Shown: piece by piece, positions 9,416 to 18,606 of the stretch
How positions within the stretch are numbered: position 1 is the stretch's first letter
Layout: every line of letters begins with the position of its first letter
Assembly: GCA_045660745.1 (NCBI GenBank)
Contig: JAZREJ010000022.1
Span: forward strand, 13,232 to 77,231
Source of the DNA: Eubacteriales bacterium
Lineage (GTDB): Bacteria > Bacillota > Clostridia > Oscillospirales > SIG627
Direction of reading: 5' to 3'
Length of the DNA stretch: 64,000 bases
Notes under the pieces: model-generated
What the model saw: the letters and a program-made list of their open reading frames with translations, nothing else
What the model was told of the DNA's origin: nothing
Database searches by the model: none
Position numbers and translations under genes: made by a program

Positions 9416-10504
9416 ATGACAGATCTTGAAAAAGCAAGAATTACAATAAATGAAGTGGACCGTGAGATGTGCCGTCTCTTTGAAGAAAGAATGAACGCAG
9501 TAAAGATAGTTGCCGCTTACAAGCAAGAGCACGGACTTCCGGTGGACGATTTCGCAAGAGAAGAAGAAATGATTAAGAGAAATTCCAAGCTTCTCTCGGA
9601 TGAGGAGCTTCGCTCCTATTACGTAAACTTCCTTCGCTCTGCCATCGACATATCAAAAAGCTTTCAGCACAAGCTTCTCGACGGAATGAGGGTTGCCTAC
9701 AGTGGTGTTGCGGGCGCATTTGCAAATATTGTAGCAAAGCGCATATTCCCGGATGCAACAGCCGTTCCTTACCCCGATTTCAAATCAGCCTACAAGGCTT
9801 GCGAGGAGGGAGCTTGTGACGTCGTGCTTCTGCCTGTTGAGAATAGTCAGAACGGTGATGTCGGAAACGTAATGGACCTCGCGTTTTTCGGAACACTTTT
9901 TATTAACGGAATATACGAGGCGGAAATAGTACAGAATCTTATCGCACCGCAAGGGGCAACACTTAACAGTATAAAAAAGGTAATAAGCCACCCTCAGGCA
10001 TTAGGTCAGTGCGCATCTTTTATTGAAAAGCATGGCTTTGAAACAGAAGAAGCGGTCAATACTGCAGTAGCGGCGGAGTACGTCGCAAAGCTTAACCGCA
10101 CAGACGTTGCGGCAATCGGAAGCGTTGAGGCTTGCGAACAGTTCGGACTTGCGAAAATTGAAGCACATATAAATGAAGCATCCAACAACACCACCCGTTT
10201 TGCAGTATTTTCAAGAGCAAGACGCACCCCGTCTCCCAAGGACAAGCACTTTATAACAGTGTTTACGGTTAAAAACGAAGCAGGCTCTCTCGGACGTGCT
10301 ATATCTGTTATAGGAGAACACGGATTTAACCTCAAAGCACTTAAGAGCCGTCCAACCAAGGAGCTTATCTGGGATTATTACTTCTACGCCGAGGGCGAGG
10401 GAGACATCTACTCGGAAAACGGTGAGGAAATGAAGAAAAAGCTCAAAGCGTGCTGTTCCCACTTCAAGGTGCTTGGCACATACGAAAAAGAATTAAAGGT
10501 GTAA
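9416..10504 (+). CDS. pheA: bifunctional chorismate mutase / prephenate dehydratase
   Basis: N-terminal AroQ-type chorismate mutase; PVENS, SHPQALGQC, NTTRF; ACT domain with SRP. Confidence 0.92.
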   Translation: MTDLEKARITINEVDREMCRLFEERMNAVKIVAAYKQEHGLPVDDFAREEEMIKRNSKLLSDEELRSYYVNFLRSAIDISKSFQHKLLDGMRVAYSGVAGAFANIVAKRIFPDATAVPYPDFKSAYKACEEGACDVVLLPVENSQNGDVGNVMDLAFFGTLFINGIYEAEIVQNLIAPQGATLNSIKKVISHPQALGQCASFIEKHGFETEEAVNTAVAAEYVAKLNRTDVAAIGSVEACEQFGLAKIEAHINEASNNTTRFAVFSRARRTPSPKDKHFITVFTVKNEAGSLGRAISVIGEHGFNLKALKSRPTKELIWDYYFYAEGEGDIYSENGEEMKKKLKACCSHFKVLGTYEKELKV

Positions 10505-10508
10505 AGAA

Positions 10509-11525
10509 ATGATCATTCCTGTTAAAACTTCTCAAGGCTTTTACAATATAATACTTGGCAGAGGCGAGTTGTCGCGCGCTGACAGCTATATGAAGCTTGA
10601 CCGCCGTGTGCTTGTAGTTACCGACTCCGGAGTTCCGAAGACATACGCCGAAAAGGTTGCATCTCTTTGCAAAGCACCTGTCATTTACACCATTCCCGAA
10701 GGAGAAGCATCTAAGACTATTGACAGTTTCAAGACTCTTCTCGAAGTGCTTGTTGAAAACTCATTTACACGCTCGGACTGCGTTGTTGCAGTAGGTGGAG
10801 GCGTTGTTGGAGATCTTTCCGGATTTGTGGCATCGACATTTATGAGAGGCATTGATTTTTATAACATACCAACGACACTTTTGTCACAAGTGGACTCTTC
10901 TGTCGGCGGAAAGACAGCGGTAGATTTTATGGGCATCAAGAATATAGTAGGTGCTTTTTATCCTCCGAAATGTGTTATTGTTGATCCCGACACCCTCAAA
11001 ACACTGCCTGCAAGACAAATATCAAACGGTATGGCGGAAGCAATAAAAATGTCAGCAACCTGTGACACTGAGCTTTTTGAGTTTCTTGAGACATGTACCA
11101 CAACTGACTCTCGTTCCCTCGATTTTATAATATCACGTTCGCTTCTTATAAAGAAGAGTGTTGTTGAAAAGGACGAGAAAGAATCGAATCTGCGGCGTGT
11201 ACTTAATTTCGGTCATACGCTCGCACACGCGCTTGAATCCTCAGAAAGCTTTTCCGATCTTTATCACGGAGAAGCAGTTGCCATAGGTATGCTTCCAATG
11301 TGCTCAAAAGCAGTGCGCAAGAGACTTTTGAAAATACTTGAGCGTTTCTCTCTTCCAACAGAAATTTCAGCCGATGCGCAAAAACTTATAGATTTCGCCC
11401 GTCATGACAAGAAGAAGTCGGGAGATCACATAAATCTTATATTTGTACCCGACGCGGGTCGTTTTGAAGAAAAAAAGATACTCTTTCAGGAATATGAAAG
11501 TTTGATACGGGAGGCAGTTGAATGA
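10509..11525 (+). CDS. aroB: 3-dehydroquinate synthase
   Basis: GGGVVGDL, PTTLLSQVDSSVGGKT, LNFGHT and HGEAV. Confidence 0.96.
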   Translation: MIIPVKTSQGFYNIILGRGELSRADSYMKLDRRVLVVTDSGVPKTYAEKVASLCKAPVIYTIPEGEASKTIDSFKTLLEVLVENSFTRSDCVVAVGGGVVGDLSGFVASTFMRGIDFYNIPTTLLSQVDSSVGGKTAVDFMGIKNIVGAFYPPKCVIVDPDTLKTLPARQISNGMAEAIKMSATCDTELFEFLETCTTTDSRSLDFIISRSLLIKKSVVEKDEKESNLRRVLNFGHTLAHALESSESFSDLYHGEAVAIGMLPMCSKAVRKRLLKILERFSLPTEISADAQKLIDFARHDKKKSGDHINLIFVPDAGRFEEKKILFQEYESLIREAVE

Positions 11526-12619
11526 AAAATACGTTCGGTTCAAGTCTTGCTATAACCATTTACGGAGAAAGCCACGGCCCATCGGTGGGTGCTGTGCTTG
11601 ACGGAATTGCCCCCGGCATTAAAATTGACGAAGACTATATAAACGAAAAACTTTCACTCCGCCGTCCCGTCGGAAAAATTTCCACTCCGAGACACGAAGA
11701 AGACCCTGTTTTCTTTGAATCGGGAGTCTTTAACGGATACACCACAGGAACTCCGATCTGCATAAGGATACCAAACGGAGATACACACTCAAAGGACTAC
11801 TCGGAAACACGCTTTCTTGCCCGTCCCTCCCACGCTGATTTTACCTCGAATGAAAAGTATCACGGATTTGAGGATTACCGCGGCGGCGGACACTTTTCGG
11901 GTAGAATAACCGTGGCGCTGGTTGCAGCAGGTGCAATCGTTATGCGAGCACTTGAAGAAAACGGCATTTTCATCGGTACGCACATTAAACGCTGTGCGGG
12001 TGTTGAGGATGCAAATTTTACAAGCGATATAAAGTCGGACATTGTAGCCCTTTCAAAAAAAGCTTTTGCCACCCTCTCAAATGAAGCGGGAGATAAAATG
12101 CAGAAGGAAATAGTTACAGCTCTCGAAGCTCGCGACAGTGTTGGAGGAGTTCTTGAAACAGCAATCGTCGGACTCCCCGCAGGAGTAGGCGAGCCGTGGT
12201 TTGATACCCTTGAATCAATCATATCGCACGCCGTCTTCTCGATTCCCGCAGTAAAGGGAATTGAATTCGGTGCTGGATTTGCCATTTCGGACATGCGAGG
12301 CTCCAAGGCAAACGACCCATTCAGAGCGTATAACGGAAATACCGTGACCTCCACCAACAACAGTGGAGGTATAAACGGTGGCATCTCTAACGGAATGCCC
12401 ATCATTTTTCGCACGGCGGTTCGTCCGACACCTACTATCGGAACAGAACAAAACACTGTCGATATATCAAAAAAAGTAAATGCAACGCTTGCCGCACGCG
12501 GACGCCATGACCCATGTATCGTACACAGGGCACGCATCGTTCAGGACTGTGTTTCAGCCCTTGTGATATACGATGCAATGGCAGTGAGATTCGGAACCGA
12601 TTGGGCGGTGAAAAAATGA
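11522..12619 (+). CDS. aroC: chorismate synthase
   Basis: GESHG, RPSHAD, GGINGGISNG and GRHDPC. Confidence 0.96.
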   Translation: MKNTFGSSLAITIYGESHGPSVGAVLDGIAPGIKIDEDYINEKLSLRRPVGKISTPRHEEDPVFFESGVFNGYTTGTPICIRIPNGDTHSKDYSETRFLARPSHADFTSNEKYHGFEDYRGGGHFSGRITVALVAAGAIVMRALEENGIFIGTHIKRCAGVEDANFTSDIKSDIVALSKKAFATLSNEAGDKMQKEIVTALEARDSVGGVLETAIVGLPAGVGEPWFDTLESIISHAVFSIPAVKGIEFGAGFAISDMRGSKANDPFRAYNGNTVTSTNNSGGINGGISNGMPIIFRTAVRPTPTIGTEQNTVDISKKVNATLAARGRHDPCIVHRARIVQDCVSALVIYDAMAVRFGTDWAVKK

Positions 12620-13854
12620 AGTACGGATGCATTGCCGAAAAGCTCTCACACAGCTTTTCAAAAGAAATACATTCATATCTTGCATCTTACCCCTACGAGC
12701 TTCGCGAAATTGCCAAAGGAGATCTTGACGCTTTTATGCGCGAAAAGGATTTTCTTGCAATAAACGTTACCATCCCTTATAAAGAGGACGTTATCCCATA
12801 CCTTGACGAAATATCCGAAACTGCAAAAAAGATAGGCGCAGTAAACACTATTGTCAACCGAAATGGCAAGCTTTACGGCTATAACACAGATTTTTTCGGA
12901 ATGCGCTCTCTCATTCTTGCAAACGAGATATCTGTAACAGGAAAAAAAGCTCTTGTGCTCGGCTCGGGTGGAACCTCAAAGACTGCTGCGGCAGTGCTTG
13001 AAGACCTGGGGGCACGAGAAATATACAAGCTTTCAAGAAGGGCGCAAAACGGATGCATAACCTATGACGAAGCACTTGAAAAGCATACTGACGCTGAGGT
13101 CATAATAAACACTACCCCCGTCGGAATGTACCCGAATATCGGAGTCTCTCCCATTGATATTTCCCTTTTTCCAAAGCTTTCTGCGGTAATTGATGCTGTG
13201 TACAATCCGTTACGCACAAGGCTTGTATCTGAGGCTCTTGAAAGAGGCGTTCCGGCAATCGGCGGTCTATATATGCTTGTCGCACAGGCGGCGCGTGCAT
13301 GCGAATTTTTCATTGATACTGATATTCCCGATGAAAAAATTTTGGATGTGTTCAAGATAATGTACAAAAAGACCGAAAATATCGTTCTCACGGGAATGCC
13401 GGGTGCAGGTAAGAGCACCGTAGGAAAGCTCCTTGCAAAAAAACTTGAAATGGACTTTGTTGACTCGGATGACGAAATAGTAAAAAAGATAGGAAAAAGC
13501 ATTCCTGAAATATTCTCCGAAAACGGTGAAAATGTCTTCCGCGACATCGAAAGCGAGGTTATAAAAGAGCTTTCGACAAGAAAGAATACAGTTATCGCAA
13601 CGGGAGGCGGAGTAATACTGCGACGCGAAAACACCGATCTCTTGCGAGAAAACGGAAGGATATACTTCCTTGATCGTCCACTTGAAAACATCCGTCCAAC
13701 AAGCGACCGACCGACAGCGCTCGACCGTGAGGCACTTGTAAAGCGCTACCGCGAGCGTTACGGCATCTACACTTCTTCCTGCGACGTGCATATCAAAACA
13801 AGTGAAGATGCACTCGAAAACACAAATATGATCATCGAGGATTTTAAAAAATGA
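12616..13854 (+). CDS. aroE: fused shikimate dehydrogenase / shikimate kinase (AroE-AroK)
   Basis: HSFS, NVTIPYK, GAVNT, NTD then GMPGAGKST and ATGGG; ATGA overlap with aroC. Confidence 0.92.
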   Translation: MKYGCIAEKLSHSFSKEIHSYLASYPYELREIAKGDLDAFMREKDFLAINVTIPYKEDVIPYLDEISETAKKIGAVNTIVNRNGKLYGYNTDFFGMRSLILANEISVTGKKALVLGSGGTSKTAAAVLEDLGAREIYKLSRRAQNGCITYDEALEKHTDAEVIINTTPVGMYPNIGVSPIDISLFPKLSAVIDAVYNPLRTRLVSEALERGVPAIGGLYMLVAQAARACEFFIDTDIPDEKILDVFKIMYKKTENIVLTGMPGAGKSTVGKLLAKKLEMDFVDSDDEIVKKIGKSIPEIFSENGENVFRDIESEVIKELSTRKNTVIATGGGVILRRENTDLLRENGRIYFLDRPLENIRPTSDRPTALDREALVKRYRERYGIYTSSCDVHIKTSEDALENTNMIIEDFKK

Positions 13855-14279
13855 AGTTACTTGTTATAAACGGCCCAAATCTTAACATGCTGGGAATCAG
13901 AGAACCCGGAATCTACGGAAAAGGCACCTATTCCGACCTCTGTGAAATGATATACAGCCACGCCAACAAAAAAGGCTTTGAAGTTGACATATTCCAGTCA
14001 AATCACGAAGGTGCACTCGTTGACAGAATACAAGAGGCTTACGGTAAGATTGACGGCATAGTCATAAATCCCGCCGCCTATACCCACACAAGCGTTGCTA
14101 TTCTTGACGCACTCAAGTCAATCGGTATACCGTTTGTTGAGGTTCACATTTCAAAGGTTGAAAACAGAGAAGCATTCAGACAGATAAGCTACATCCGTCC
14201 GCACGCCTTGAAAACTATTACAGGTCACGGCTTTGACGGATATCTTGAAGCGCTCGATTTGCTTCTGGAGGCTTTATGA
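13851..14279 (+). CDS. aroQ: type II 3-dehydroquinate dehydratase
   Basis: NGPNLNMLGIREP, QSNHEG, INPAAYTHTS and EVHIS. Confidence 0.96.
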   Translation: MKLLVINGPNLNMLGIREPGIYGKGTYSDLCEMIYSHANKKGFEVDIFQSNHEGALVDRIQEAYGKIDGIVINPAAYTHTSVAILDALKSIGIPFVEVHISKVENREAFRQISYIRPHALKTITGHGFDGYLEALDLLLEAL

Positions 14280-15478
14280 GAGTTGTAATATCCCCTTCGG
14301 TAGCTAAAGGACGTGTATCTGCCCCTCCCTCAAAATCAATGGCTCACCGCGCCCTTATATGTGCCGCTCTCTCGAAAAAGAGCACCGTTTCAAATATTGC
14401 GCTTTCCCGCGACATTGAAGTGACTCTTGACTGCCTGAAAAAAATGGGCGCACACATAACACAAGAGGGTGACTCCTACACGATAGGTGGTCTTGACCCC
14501 AAAAAAATTCCCGACGGATGTGAGCTTTACTGCCACGAAAGCGGAAGTACACTGCGTTTTATTATCCCTCTTTGCATGCTTAGCGAAGGACGAGTAACGC
14601 TCACAGGTGCCCCCCGACTCATGGAAAGACCTCTTTCGGTATATGAGGAGCTTGCGGAAAAGCTTGGAATTGAATTTAAAAAAGAAAATGGAAAAATAAC
14701 AGTCGGAGGCGGTCTTTGTGCAGGGGACTACAGTGTTCCCGGAAATATCTCAAGCCAGTTCATAACAGGGCTTTTGCTTGCGCTTTCCACTCTCCCCGAA
14801 AAGAGCACGCTCACTGTTACAGGACAGTTTGAAAGTGCTTCATACACAGACCTTACAGTTTCCGTCCTTAAAGAATTCGGAAAAAGCGTTACAAGAAACG
14901 GACGTGTTTTCACGGTGATTCCATCGGAATTTAAAAGCACCTATCACACAGTGGAGGGAGACTTTTCAAACGCCGCATATCTTGACGCACTAACTCTTAT
15001 CGGTGGAGAAGTAGAGGTCTCGGGACTTTCAAAAGACAGTCTTCAGGGAGACTCTGTATATAGAGACTTTTTCAAGCGAATGACAAAAGGATACGACCTT
15101 TTTGACATATCCGACTGTCCCGACAACGCACCGATACTTTTTGCGATGGCATCTGCTTTGAACGGCGGAGAATTTACAGGGACTGCAAGACTTAAAATAA
15201 AAGAAAGCGATCGCTCCGAGGCGATGAAAGAGGAGCTGTCAAAGCTTGGTGTTAACATCACAGTCGAAGAAAACCGAGTTATCGTACCAATAAGCACTCT
15301 CACCCCTCCCAAAGTGCCGATATTCTCCCACAACGATCATAGAATAGCCATGGCAATGGCTATCCTTCTGACTCTTGTCGGAGGTGAGATAGAAGGTGCC
15401 GAGGCAGTAAATAAAAGCTTCCCCGATTTTTGGGAGAAGCTTCAAGAATTACAGATAGGACTTGAAAAACATGCTTGA
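14276..15478 (+). CDS. aroA: EPSP synthase
   Basis: PPSKSMAHR, ESGSTLRF, SSQF, KESDR and DHRIAM. Confidence 0.96.
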   Translation: MRVVISPSVAKGRVSAPPSKSMAHRALICAALSKKSTVSNIALSRDIEVTLDCLKKMGAHITQEGDSYTIGGLDPKKIPDGCELYCHESGSTLRFIIPLCMLSEGRVTLTGAPRLMERPLSVYEELAEKLGIEFKKENGKITVGGGLCAGDYSVPGNISSQFITGLLLALSTLPEKSTLTVTGQFESASYTDLTVSVLKEFGKSVTRNGRVFTVIPSEFKSTYHTVEGDFSNAAYLDALTLIGGEVEVSGLSKDSLQGDSVYRDFFKRMTKGYDLFDISDCPDNAPILFAMASALNGGEFTGTARLKIKESDRSEAMKEELSKLGVNITVEENRVIVPISTLTPPKVPIFSHNDHRIAMAMAILLTLVGGEIEGAEAVNKSFPDFWEKLQELQIGLEKHA

Positions 15479-16322
15479 TAAAAATTTAAACATACTGATA
15501 GTAGGTCTTGGACTTCTCGGAGGAAGCTATGCCAAAAAGCTGTCCGCCGAGGGATACAGCGTAAAAGCGATAACCCGCGATCCAAAAACCATTGATTACG
15601 CGCTTGAACACGGATTCATAAGCTACGGTACGACAGAGATAGACGAAAAGCTCATTACGGATGCAGACCTTATAATTTTTGCACTTTACCCGAAGGTATT
15701 TATTCGTTGGATAGAAGAAAACGGACATCTTATAAAACCTCACACAGTCATAACGGACGTTACGGGTGTGAAGGGTGCTGTAGTTGATACAGTGCAGAAT
15801 AGGCTCCCCGAAAACATTGAGTTTATCTCAGCGCACCCCATGGCAGGACGAGAATCAAGCGGCATCGAATATGCCGACGACTCAATATTCAAGTGTGCAA
15901 ATTATATTGTGGTACCTACAGACAAAAACACCTCCGATGGAATAAAACTGTGCCGCGAGCTTGGTGAGACGCTCGGCTTTGCTAAAGTTTCCGAGCTTTC
16001 GGTAGAGGCGCACGACAGAATGATAGCGTTTCTATCCCAGCTTACCCACTGTATTGCGGTAAGTCTCATGTGTACGGATGACAACCCTGACCTTGTTAAA
16101 TATACGGGTGACTCTTTCCGAGACCTGACACGAATTGCTAACATAAACGACGAGATGTGGAGCGAACTTTTTCTTCTCAACCGCGACGCACTCCTTCATC
16201 AAATGGACAGATTCCGTGACTCCTTTGAAGAGCTTTACGGTACTATAAGAGACGGCAAACGTGACGAAATGCGCGCACTGATGCGCACTTCAACAGAGCG
16301 CCGCAGCAAATTCAATAAGTAA
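15471..16322 (+). CDS. tyrA: prephenate dehydrogenase
   Basis: GLGLLGGS, DVTGVK, HPMAG and FRDLTRIA. Confidence 0.93.
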   Translation: MLDKNLNILIVGLGLLGGSYAKKLSAEGYSVKAITRDPKTIDYALEHGFISYGTTEIDEKLITDADLIIFALYPKVFIRWIEENGHLIKPHTVITDVTGVKGAVVDTVQNRLPENIEFISAHPMAGRESSGIEYADDSIFKCANYIVVPTDKNTSDGIKLCRELGETLGFAKVSELSVEAHDRMIAFLSQLTHCIAVSLMCTDDNPDLVKYTGDSFRDLTRIANINDEMWSELFLLNRDALLHQMDRFRDSFEELYGTIRDGKRDEMRALMRTSTERRSKFNK

Positions 16323-16346
16323 AAAAGATTTAAAGAGGTAATTATT

Positions 16347-17375
16347 ATGAACATGAACTTTTCCAGAAAACTTCCTATTCCTCAGGACATGAAGCGCGAT
16401 TTCCCGCTCAATGCAGATATGCAGAAAATAAAAGAGACCCGAGCTGAGGAGATTAAAAAAATATTTACGGGTGAGAGTGACAAATTCATTCTTGTCATAG
16501 GCCCCTGCTCTGCAGATCATCGCGATTCGGTGCTTGAATATATTTCCCGTCTAAAAAGAGTCGAGGAACAGGTAAAGGATAAGATATTTATTATACCGAG
16601 AATATATACGAACAAGCCCCGTACAACAGGTGAAGGCTACAAGGGTATGCTTCATCAGCCCAACCCTAATGAAAAGCCCGACCTGTATCAGGGAATCGTC
16701 GCTATCAGGGAGCTTCATATGTCAGCACTCAAGGACTACGGCTTCACCTGTGCGGATGAAATGCTATACCCCGACAACCACAGATACCTTTCCGATCTTC
16801 TTGCTTACGTTGCTGTCGGCGCTCGCTCAGTTGAAAACCAGGAGCACAGACTTACCGCCAGCGGTCTTAACGTCCCCGTCGGAATGAAGAACCCGACAGG
16901 CGGAGACCTTTCCATAATGATGAACGCCATCAAGGCAGCTCAGAGCAGTCACTCCTTCATCTACAGAGGATGGGAGGTACAGAGTGCAGGTAATCCGCTC
17001 TCCCACGCAATACTTCGCGGTTACGTTGATTTTGCCGGCAAGAGCGTATCTAATTATCACTATGAGGACCTTGTAAAGCTTTCTTCTCTCTACGCTGAAT
17101 CGGGGCTTTCAAATCCTTCCGCGATAGTTGACACCAACCATGCAAACTCAGGCAAGAAATACCTTGAACAGACAAGAATCGCATCCGAAGTCGTTCACAG
17201 CAGAAATCACAACCCTGACATCAAGAGTCTTGTAAAGGGTCTTATGATTGAAAGCTATATTGAGGACGGTGCACAGGGTATTGGCGAAAACGTATTCGGT
17301 AAGTCAATTACCGACCCCTGCCTCGGCTGGGAAAAGACCGAATCGCTTATACTCGGTCTTGCAGACAAGCTGTAA
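16347..17375 (+). CDS. aroG: DAHP synthase (class I-alpha)
   Basis: IGPCS, KPRTT, VGARS, GMKNPT, HANS and SITDPC; feedback isoform cannot be assigned from sequence. Confidence 0.9.
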   Translation: MNMNFSRKLPIPQDMKRDFPLNADMQKIKETRAEEIKKIFTGESDKFILVIGPCSADHRDSVLEYISRLKRVEEQVKDKIFIIPRIYTNKPRTTGEGYKGMLHQPNPNEKPDLYQGIVAIRELHMSALKDYGFTCADEMLYPDNHRYLSDLLAYVAVGARSVENQEHRLTASGLNVPVGMKNPTGGDLSIMMNAIKAAQSSHSFIYRGWEVQSAGNPLSHAILRGYVDFAGKSVSNYHYEDLVKLSSLYAESGLSNPSAIVDTNHANSGKKYLEQTRIASEVVHSRNHNPDIKSLVKGLMIESYIEDGAQGIGENVFGKSITDPCLGWEKTESLILGLADKL

Positions 17376-17382
17376 TCCACTA

Positions 17383-17415
17383 CAAAAAAACCGTCGAATT
17401 CTCGACGGTTTTTTG
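17383..17415. terminator. bidirectional terminator
   Basis: AAAAAACCGTCGA-attc-TCGACGGTTTTTT between convergent genes. Confidence 0.85.
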
Positions 17416-17718
17416 TCAGATGAAATATTCCAACACAAAAACTATACTGCATGCGGCAATTGAAACAAAGAACATACTCTTCCCCAACCACGCAAGCAGC
17501 ATTGCCACAGCAAACGCAATACTTGCCGCGATAACGCTCTCAGTTGCATGAATGATACTGGGGAAGGTCATTACTGCAAGAGTAACGAATGGGACGTAAT
17601 AAAGGAACGAACGAACAAAAGTGTTGTCTATATGACGGCGTATCAACGTAAGCGGCAGTGCGCGGATAAGATAGGTCACACCCGCCATAACGATAATATA
17701 AATGTATATGTTATTCAT
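17416..17718 (-). CDS. azlD: AzlD-family branched-chain amino acid export small subunit
   Basis: MAGVTYLIRALP...FLYYVP; overlaps the azlC stop. Confidence 0.85.
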   Translation of the reverse strand: MNNIYIYIIVMAGVTYLIRALPLTLIRRHIDNTFVRSFLYYVPFVTLAVMTFPSIIHATESVIAASIAFAVAMLLAWLGKSMFFVSIAACSIVFVLEYFI

Positions 17719-18436
17719 TTTCGTCCTCCTTCTCGTCAACCGGGAAAAGAACTGCAGCAACAGCGGCTATTACCACCGTAAGGATTATCATCCTAAATCC
17801 TGACTGTATTTCTTTAAGGTAGGGCGTATAATTGAATAGTGCGGACAGGAGCATTGAAACAACGACCACTCCCGCAACAACAGGTCTTTTGCGAGCCGGA
17901 GGCACTATTATTGCAATGAACATACCGTAGAGTGCAACACCGAGTGCTGACAGCACTCGCTCGGGAAGAACGCTTCCGAGAAGTGCTCCGCAGAGAGTAC
18001 CGAGAGTCCATCCGGGAATAGACAAGCTCATCATACCGTAAGAATAAAATGGGGATAGCTCACCGTGAACGCCTGCAGCAAGGGCAAATATCTCATCGGT
18101 GACACCAAAAGACATTGCCGCTCGGTGATAGAACGGAAGCTTGGTCGATACCTTTTGAGAAAGTGTAGAGGACATCAGACAGTATCTCAAATTTATTATC
18201 AGCTGAGTAAGAGCAACTCCGACGTAGGAAACACCGCTCACGATATCCCGAAGTCCAGCATACTGTCCCGCAGAGGTAAGGTTTGTGAGAGATAAAAGGG
18301 TTGCCTGAAATACTGTGAGACCGTTTGTCTTTGCAAGTATTCCAAATGCAAACGATACTGCAAAGTATCCAAGAAATATCGGTATTGCATCATGCATACC
18401 TTTTTTGTAATGTGCAAACCGTGTCAGCGCTATCAT
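17711..18436 (-). CDS. azlC: AzlC-family branched-chain amino acid export permease (start uncertain)
   Basis: PIFLGY, SAGQ, INLRY and TDEIFA motifs. Confidence 0.88.
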   Translation of the reverse strand: MIALTRFAHYKKGMHDAIPIFLGYFAVSFAFGILAKTNGLTVFQATLLSLTNLTSAGQYAGLRDIVSGVSYVGVALTQLIINLRYCLMSSTLSQKVSTKLPFYHRAAMSFGVTDEIFALAAGVHGELSPFYSYGMMSLSIPGWTLGTLCGALLGSVLPERVLSALGVALYGMFIAIIVPPARKRPVVAGVVVVSMLLSALFNYTPYLKEIQSGFRMIILTVVIAAVAAVLFPVDEKEDENE

Positions 18437-18462
18437 CTCCCAATAATTCAAATAACTCATGA

Positions 18463-18491
18463 ATTATAACAAATTTTTTCTTTATATGCAA
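18463..18491 (-). promoter_or_regulatory. sigmaA promoter for azlCD
   Basis: minus strand TTGCAT-17 nt-TATAAT. Confidence 0.6.
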
Positions 18492-18543
18492 GCCTTTTTT
18501 GATTTTTTTCACCCTATTGTCACCTTTTGTCAAAAAGTCGCAC

Positions 18544-18572
18544 TTGACTAAACTCAAATTTAGTTGTATAAT
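18544..18572 (+). promoter_or_regulatory. sigmaA promoter for the dnaD-dnaC-like operon
   Basis: TTGACT-17 nt-TATAAT. Confidence 0.75.
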
Positions 18573-18606
18573 GATATTCCCACACAAAAAGAAAGGAGGA
18601 ATTATT

